Shown piece after piece: positions 57,111 to 64,000 of a stretch of 64,000 bases of DNA; positions within the stretch are counted from its first letter, which is position 1; every line of letters begins with the position of its first letter. The notes under the pieces are model-generated. The model was not told the DNA's origin. It did not search any database and saw only the letters and a program-made list of their open reading frames with translations. Both the position numbers and the translations under genes were made by a program. The stretch comes from Octopus sinensis (Eukaryota). The stretch lies in assembly GCF_006345805.1 (NCBI RefSeq), contig NC_042999.1:36208001-36272000 (forward strand), written 5' to 3'.

Positions 57111-60100
57111 AGCATCTCTCCTTCGAAATCACTCTCTCCCTCTCTCTATATATTTCCATCGCCCACCTCTCTTTCTCACCACCATAAACTCCCTCTTCCT
57201 TCACCCTCTTCAGCTACACCCTCCTCCCTCCCTCCCCCTTCTTCCGCTATTACATTGACTGGACAATCTGTCCACTGCTACAAAACCCTGCTGCCAATAC
57301 CTTACCATTTCCATATGCAAATATCGGAAACATGACGTGTATGCATATACGTGAGAAAGTGCGTATACAGGTGTGTGTGTGTGTATACGTGCATAAATAT
57401 CTGTCTGGCTGTATTGCCAGCACGCATATGAATTTGCAATGAAGCATTAGTGCGTGTCTGAATACGTGTGTGTGTGAGAGAGAGAGAGGTCATGTATCTC
57501 TCGAATTACCTTATACACACAGATATATACTAACATACAACGAGCGAGTGTGTAGTTCGTGTACATTGCGTGTTAAGGTGCGTACAACCCAGCGCCTACC
57601 GCGACCACGACCACCATCAACACCGCCACAATCGCCGCCATCACCACCACCACCACCACCTTCAATCGCAGCAGACGGGGTGCAAAGAACATTCAAAATG
57701 TCTATTCTACGATCGGTGTGCTCGCGTGAAAAATACTGTGTGCGTTTGGGTGTGTACTACTGTGTTATAAAATTTGAGAGAGATAAATACATGCATATGT
57801 GCGTTTGAAAGCAAGAAGCTATATTAGTGCGTTTTGGCAGACTGCAGGTGTCCGTCTGGCCCTGGATGGAAGACCAGTAATCGCAAATCTATGTTGTGCG
57901 TTTGTGTGTGTGTGTTCGTGCACGAGCAGACATATCTGTGTTTGCGTTTATATGTAGATGCATATTGCTAATGTGCATGTATGGGAGAGGAACAGGACAA
58001 GAGTGAAAAGGGGGAAGAGCAGGCGTAAACAAGAGGGGACTGGTATGAATACAGTGGTAAATTTATGCGTATGTAGACAGACATGCAAAAAAATACATGA
58101 CTTAAAATAAAGAGACACATACACATCTTTACTCGCATTCTACTGAACTACAAGGAAGCCTCTAAGTGCTTGCTAGAAACGGCAACTAAATCTCCCTCAA
58201 AGTATACTATTGCCCCTAAGAAGCAGGGACACTGGAAGCAATATAGTCCTAGCTGGAACCTCTTTGAGCAAAGATTTGCTCCATCAGGGTTAATTTAGGG
58301 CTCAACATTAAAAGCTACCCAGACAATAAGAAAAAAAATGGACCAAGTTCAATAAGTTGACTAATTATTCCAGAACCACTAATATGCTAATTATTTAATT
58401 AATAATGATTCCTAACTTTAACAAAGAAAACATATTTGATCGGAAGGATATCAGATGGGAGACTGAGAGGCAGAGTCAATTCTGGCAAGATTTGTACTAA
58501 GAACATAAAGGGCCCTAGCTAAAAATCATCATCATTTCATCATTGTTTTAACGTCCACTTTTCCATGCTTGCATGGGTCGGATGGAATTTGCTAAGACGG
58601 ATTTTCTGTGGGAAGATGCCCTTCCCATCACCAAATACCCCACCTGCCTCCAAGTAAAGGTAATATTTTATCCTGACAAAGCAAGTTGTCACGAAAGATT
58701 GGAAACGAAGGACCCTACTTGTATGACGGTGACACTTGTTTACAACTACCATGCAATGTCAGAGCAAGGGGACAGTAACACACAGATAAGGGTTTCTTTC
58801 AGTTTCCCTCAACCAAATCCACTCTAAAGGCTTTGGTTGGCCCAGGGCTAAAGTTGAAGACACTGCCCAAGGTGCCACGCAAGGGGACTGAACCTGAAAC
58901 TGTACAGCTGGGAAGCAAACTTCTTACCACACAGCCATGACCGCTCTCCAGTATCAGTCAAGCACTGGGTTTGTTTAATTGATTGTTATTTCCATCATGA
59001 AGGGTCTAGTACCTAACAAATCAATAATGATAAATTCAAGATGTGAAGGGTTATGGCATATTAAATATAATGCAAACTAAGGAAAATAACTCAATCAGGT
59101 CAATGGTATGAATTTGAAGAGATAACAAAGGATTTTTAAAATGCCATATGAAAAAAAAAAATTTTATTTACCTCTTAGTTGGAGAAAGAAAACTAAAACC
59201 TAGAAATAATGGTTAGTGAATCTGAAAGAAGTGGTGATAATTTCAAGAAATAAAGAATTAAAATATCAAAGTAAATTTACATATTTGAAGGTTGGTAACT
59301 GATTTTGGGATACAGGTAAGAGGGACAACTATGGACCTTTTTGAGTCTACTAAACCATCATTAGTTGAATATAGTATATTGGTAAGAACATACAAGGCAG
59401 TCTACCAATTCTGCTTTCATTTAATCAATAATAATGTTTAATAATAATTAGCACAAGACTACTCATTTACAGAGGAAAGGTATAATCAATGAATCATCCC
59501 CCTCTCCAATATATAACTGGTACTTATTTTTTATCAACCTCAGAAAGACAAATCAATGAGGAAACCTCTACATCAATCATGGGCAGTTTATGGCTCACAA
59601 GACTTTCTAAATGGCATGCTTAATGATGAGCTATGTCTTATGCAACATGCTTCTGAAAAAAGCTTGCCCTATTCTTCATGGTCACTCGATCTGCTAGAAA
59701 TAGCTGCTAAATTTTCTTCATATCACACTCTACAGCCTTAAAAAGTGAAGAACAAAATGAATAATGTAGTCCTAGATATACTGTGTTTATAAAACCAGAG
59801 GGGTAAGATTACAATTGGAATGACTTTGATCATAGGTCTGTTCAGTCAGGGCTAATCTAAAGCTAAACAACAATACTCACAAAAGGCTCAATGAATAAAA
59901 CTGATTCCAGGAAACCAACCCTATTGTATGCCTGGTACTAAATTTTTCGAGCCTAAAATGATGAACATTAAAATAAGTAGCAGAATGATTTGAACTCAAA
60001 ACAGGAATTTAATCCATCACATAAATAATTTCTACAATTCCATGATTCTTTTAATAAACATTTTTCACATTGGCGCAAAGCCACATACTTTGGCAAGAGC

Positions 60101-60229
60101 TGCAAGTACCTGACTAATGTTTAGTTTATCAACTCCTGAGATATGAAAAGTAAAGCGAATCCTAGTGGGATTTGAACTCAAAGAAGACCTGAAGTTGACA
60201 AAAAGTAAAGTGCTGTATGTGCCATATAC

Positions 60230-60460
60230 ATCATCATCATCATCATCGTTTAAACGTCCGTTTTCCGCGCTAGCACGGGTTGGACGGTTCGACCGGGGTC
60301 TGGGAAGCCAGGGGCTGCACCAGGCTCCAGTCTGATCTGGCAGAGTTTCTACAGCTGGATGCCCTTCCTAACGCCAACCACTCCGCGAGTGTAGTGGGTG
60401 CTTTTAACGTGCCACCTGCACAGGTGCCAGAGGGGTCTGGCATCGGCCACGATCGGTTGG
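60230..60460 (-). mobile_element. Young copy of the (TGA)n-tailed repeat
   Basis: Reverse complement of 300-515; retains CpGs within a CpG-poor neighbourhood. Confidence 0.85.
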
Positions 60461-61302
60461 AGCTTTTAACATAAATAAATATAGTAAACAATTTTGCTTG
60501 TACCCAATACAATCTATCTCACTCCTTTTTTTTGCACCGCCAGTCATCATTCCACCTCTCCAGGCCACTGTTTATTGAAAGCTACCCTTTATTCTCTCAT
60601 CATGGATCACCTCATTTATTATACATCACTCCATCCACCCTCAAATCACCTATTCCTAACACTCTGTTTCTATCATCATACTCTTGCGCTTTTCATTCAC
60701 TAATCTTGCTTGATTTTTGTTGCTGTTGTTTTTTTTTGGGGGGGGGGCAGGGGGTCTTTTTCCAGTCACCACTATCTTATCACCCTGTTGGTGATGTTGC
60801 CTGAATCTTCTTAAGAGCATGACAACTACAGTGCTGGTAACACTATAAGATGTACCTAGTACATTGTAAAATGATTACTGTTAGAAAGAGCATCCAGCCA
60901 TAGAAATCAAGTCAAAAATAAAACTTGATTCGTTTAGGAGGGCAGTAACTCCAAATAAAAACTAACTCAGGCCACAATGAACCATTTAACCAAAGCACAG
61001 CAGGCAGGTGTAAAACAATGATGCTAACGATGCTGATGAATTCAAGTAAATAATTGTGCAAATTTTGTAAGAAATCAAAGTACAATAATAATTAGCACCA
61101 GTTATATTCGAACATAGATTTAGTCTATGCATGCAAGCATAGCTATGGGGTTAACAAGTTCGTTTCATGACTACATGGTTTCAAGTACTGCATTACACAC
61201 CCAGCAAGTAAGTGCCAACTATAAAACTGACCAAAGCTTTTAGCCCGATGGAAAGACTATTGCTGTTCTTGAATGATAGACATACTACAACACAAGGTTT
61301 AA

Positions 61303-61523
61303 CCCTTTAGCATTTAAACCGGCCATATCCGGCCAAAAGTATTCTGCCTGTTTTATGTTCAAACTGGCCAGATCTGGTCTCTCGTACCAACCCTACAATA
61401 TCATTTTAAAAATTAACAGCTACCTCATCAAAATCTCATAGCTACAAGATAATGCATGATTAGTTCAAAACAATGTGGATAAAAAAGGATTAATTTTGGC
61501 AGAATAATGTGAACACCAAAGGG
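61303..61523. mobile_element. TTAA-flanked MITE, family A
   Basis: TTAA|ccctttag...ccaaaggg|TTAA. Confidence 0.85.
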
Positions 61524-61696
61524 TTAACTGAACACCAGTCTTTTCATGTCTTTAGGGAAGTTCACTCCATTGCAAGTGTTTGGGCAAATCTGAGAATAAC
61601 TTCCGCCCTGCAATTTCAGAGGCTGTAAATGCACATCATGGCTTCTAACCTTACTCACCTTAGTAACATAAAAAAAATAAATAAATACCAGTTTAA

Positions 61697-61920
61697 CCCT
61701 TTGCTTGACCAAAGCATTTTCATCTAATTGCCCTCAATATCCATGGTAGTTTTCGAACTTGTTTTACATGTTCTAAGTCATATAAAGCATTCCTTTTATT
61801 ATAAGTCCCAAGTCGCTCTAGCGGTTAAAGAAAAAACTTGGGAATGTGTATCACATATGATGCATGGATACCAGAAAAATGCCCCATGTATCACATGTGA
61901 TACCTAAGACAGGCGAAGGG
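61697..61920. mobile_element. TTAA-flanked MITE, family C
   Basis: TTAA|ccctttgcttg...caggcgaaggg|TTAA; the TIR differences are C-to-T transitions. Confidence 0.8.
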
Positions 61921-62480
61921 TTAAGTGTCAACCATATGTACATCCTTATTAGTCAAACCTTTTCAGAGTAATTAAAATATACTATGTAATATGTAATAGT
62001 TTCAACAGAATCACTTCTATCCATCCATTTTCCTACCCCTTCTATCTCTCTAATGCATTTACTCTGGCATCTTTTGTCTCAACTACTTTTAAAACTCTAA
62101 ACACACACACCTGAATTGATTAACAGATACCAATCAAGTACTGAGTCGGTTTAAGCTCTCTCCCTCCCACAAAATGTGTCATGTACTAATATTTTAAAAA
62201 ATCAATACTACACAGGCACACATTCACAAACATTTATACGCACACAGAAAGAGAAAAAACAAAACAAAACAAAGAGAGCAAATGAAATTAAATAAACATA
62301 TGACATAAGACATAACTAAAAGGGCAAGCACTGAGGAGAGCATCTGATCATGAAGCACCGCCTCAAACTGTCTAACATGCTGGCATGGAAACATGGACAT
62401 AAAAATTTCAATGAGGACGGTGGCCACAGTGATCACTGTTCAAGTTCAACAAGGAGAAAGCAGAACTGTTTACTCATTAA

Positions 62481-62697
62481 CCCTTTCGTTACCAACTCGG
62501 CCAAAACCAGCTCAGGCTCTGTAGTACAAATGTCCTTTCATAAGTTTTGAATTAAAATCTTTCATCAAACCTTAGTCACAATTTATGTTCCTAACACTAG
62601 CTATCTGATAACTTAATTATTTTACTAAATTCTTTGTTACATTTAAAAATGATTGAAAGAAACTGAATATCTCAAAATAAATACAGTAACTAAAGGG
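62481..62697. mobile_element. TTAA-flanked MITE, family B
   Basis: TTAA|ccctttcgttac...gtaactaaaggg|TTAA. Confidence 0.85.
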
Positions 62698-63780
62698 TTA
62701 ATGATGGATTCAGTAGATGAGAGCTACAGATGCTCATGTACAGGGAGCTAGTCTTTTGCACTTTCCATTTCTTAGTTTTGTTTTATTTTTGCTCTTTTTC
62801 TACTTGTAGCCTGCATGTTGATTTGTCAATATATCTGAGATTGTTTTTGAGCTGTTACAGATCTCTTTCCCAAAGCTTCAACCCTTGACATGAGGGTTCT
62901 GCAGTTAATTTTATACTGTGCAGTGACCATAGGTGGGAGCAGTAAGCTTAAGTGGCTATAGTGTACACTCAAGTGAAATTCCTCACCCATTTATCATAAA
63001 TATGGGCACTCAAACATAGCAGATAACAGCTAGCCTTTGGCTGCTATTTGGACCCCGTTGTGTCCACTACTCTGATTGGTTGGCACAATTTGTCTCTTAC
63101 TCTGTCATGCTAATATGCAGCATATAACCAATCAGAGCCCCTAAATAAGATCATGTGAAACAGCCTTTTCTTAACTCAATTTGAGCCTACTGCTCCTCAT
63201 AAAAACCCAGCTACTCCTCATCTCGAAGTCTTTGGTTCCAGACCTTTTAAAGTCTAGCCACTGACCACAGAGGACAGCCAGTTACAGTGACAACACCCAT
63301 CCAACAGCATTATAGCAATCTCTTTCTTCATCACCAACATCTCTATGTACACAGCTCAACCAGCAACACTGCACAAGTTCCAGTATAGCACTGTTCATGA
63401 ATTACTTCACCATGGTTAACAGCAAATACAACCTGCGCGAACTCTTGTACAAGAGACCCAGGCAGCAGCATTACAGCCACAACTTTGTATGACACATACC
63501 GCAACCGGCTCTGCATCAGCACCACAACTTCTTGATACAGTATTTCAATCACTGTATACAATTGACTACAAACTGGTATTTCTCATTCTTGTGTCTTTGA
63601 ACATTCATCTAACTTCTTATTATAGACTCCCTGCCTTCTTCGTCGTTATTCTTATATGTACTTAACACACACGCATGCATTCATTCCTATACACACATAC
63701 ACTTTGTTCTCAAGATGGCCTGTCTATTATTCTGTATACATGATACACACACAGACACACATGTCAACATATTAATAAAT

Positions 63781-64000
63781 CATTATTTACATTTGACGGA
63801 TATTTGTCCTCATCTTTGTTGTTAACACAACATTTCGGCTGATATACCCTCCAACCTTCATCAGGTGTCTTGGGGAAATTTCAAACCTGGGTTCTCATTC
63901 CTAAGGTATTTTTTGATGGTGTTGTTGTTATTATCATTATTATTCAGATCACTGCTTGGAATCGAACTCGGAATCTTGGAGTTAGTAGCCTGAGCTCTTA
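63781..64000 (-). mobile_element. tRNA-headed SINE-like element with hammerhead ribozyme (5' end cut by the window edge)
   Basis: Minus strand: CTACTAA anticodon-loop-like motif, B box GAGTTCGATTCC (63958-69), (AAT/AAC)n linker, then the hammerhead and a tail shared with the 33.6 kb palindrome. Confidence 0.72.
63824..63869 (-). ncRNA. Minimal type I hammerhead ribozyme (Penelope-type)
   Basis: GACAC-CUGAUGA-A-GGUUG(GAGGGUAUAU)CAGCC-GAAA-UG-UU-GUGUU. Stem I GACAC/GUGUU, 5 bp stem II, 2 bp loopless stem III, predicted GUU cleavage between 63829 and 63828. Confidence 0.7.

Noticed and set aside
62990-63640. LTR-like unique block with CCAAT and TATA-like motifs
   Set aside because: No second copy, TG...CA ends or TSD identified in the window.

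Overview
AT-rich metazoan DNA packed with microsatellites. The repeat families and (TA)n/(CA)n load best fit an octopod cephalopod (inference from pattern recognition, not a database hit). No intact, nameable host protein-coding gene can be read; most ORFs in the track are microsatellite translation artefacts. Supported content is mainly decayed mobile DNA: Tc1, mariner, piggyBac and hAT transposase remnants; TTAA-flanked MITEs; non-autonomous Helitrons; RTE, CR1/L2-like and Penelope-like retroelement remnants; and several SINE families, two in tandem arrays. CpG content splits the window into a CpG-eroded domain (~3-39.4 kb), a CpG-retaining, microsatellite-rich domain with candidate first exons (~39.5-58 kb), and a second eroded domain (>58 kb). 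Most notable is a tRNA-headed SINE-like element at the right edge carrying a Penelope-type minimal hammerhead ribozyme, plus long palindromes whose fold-back points lie in hammerhead-like motifs. All host exon calls are low-confidence candidates.
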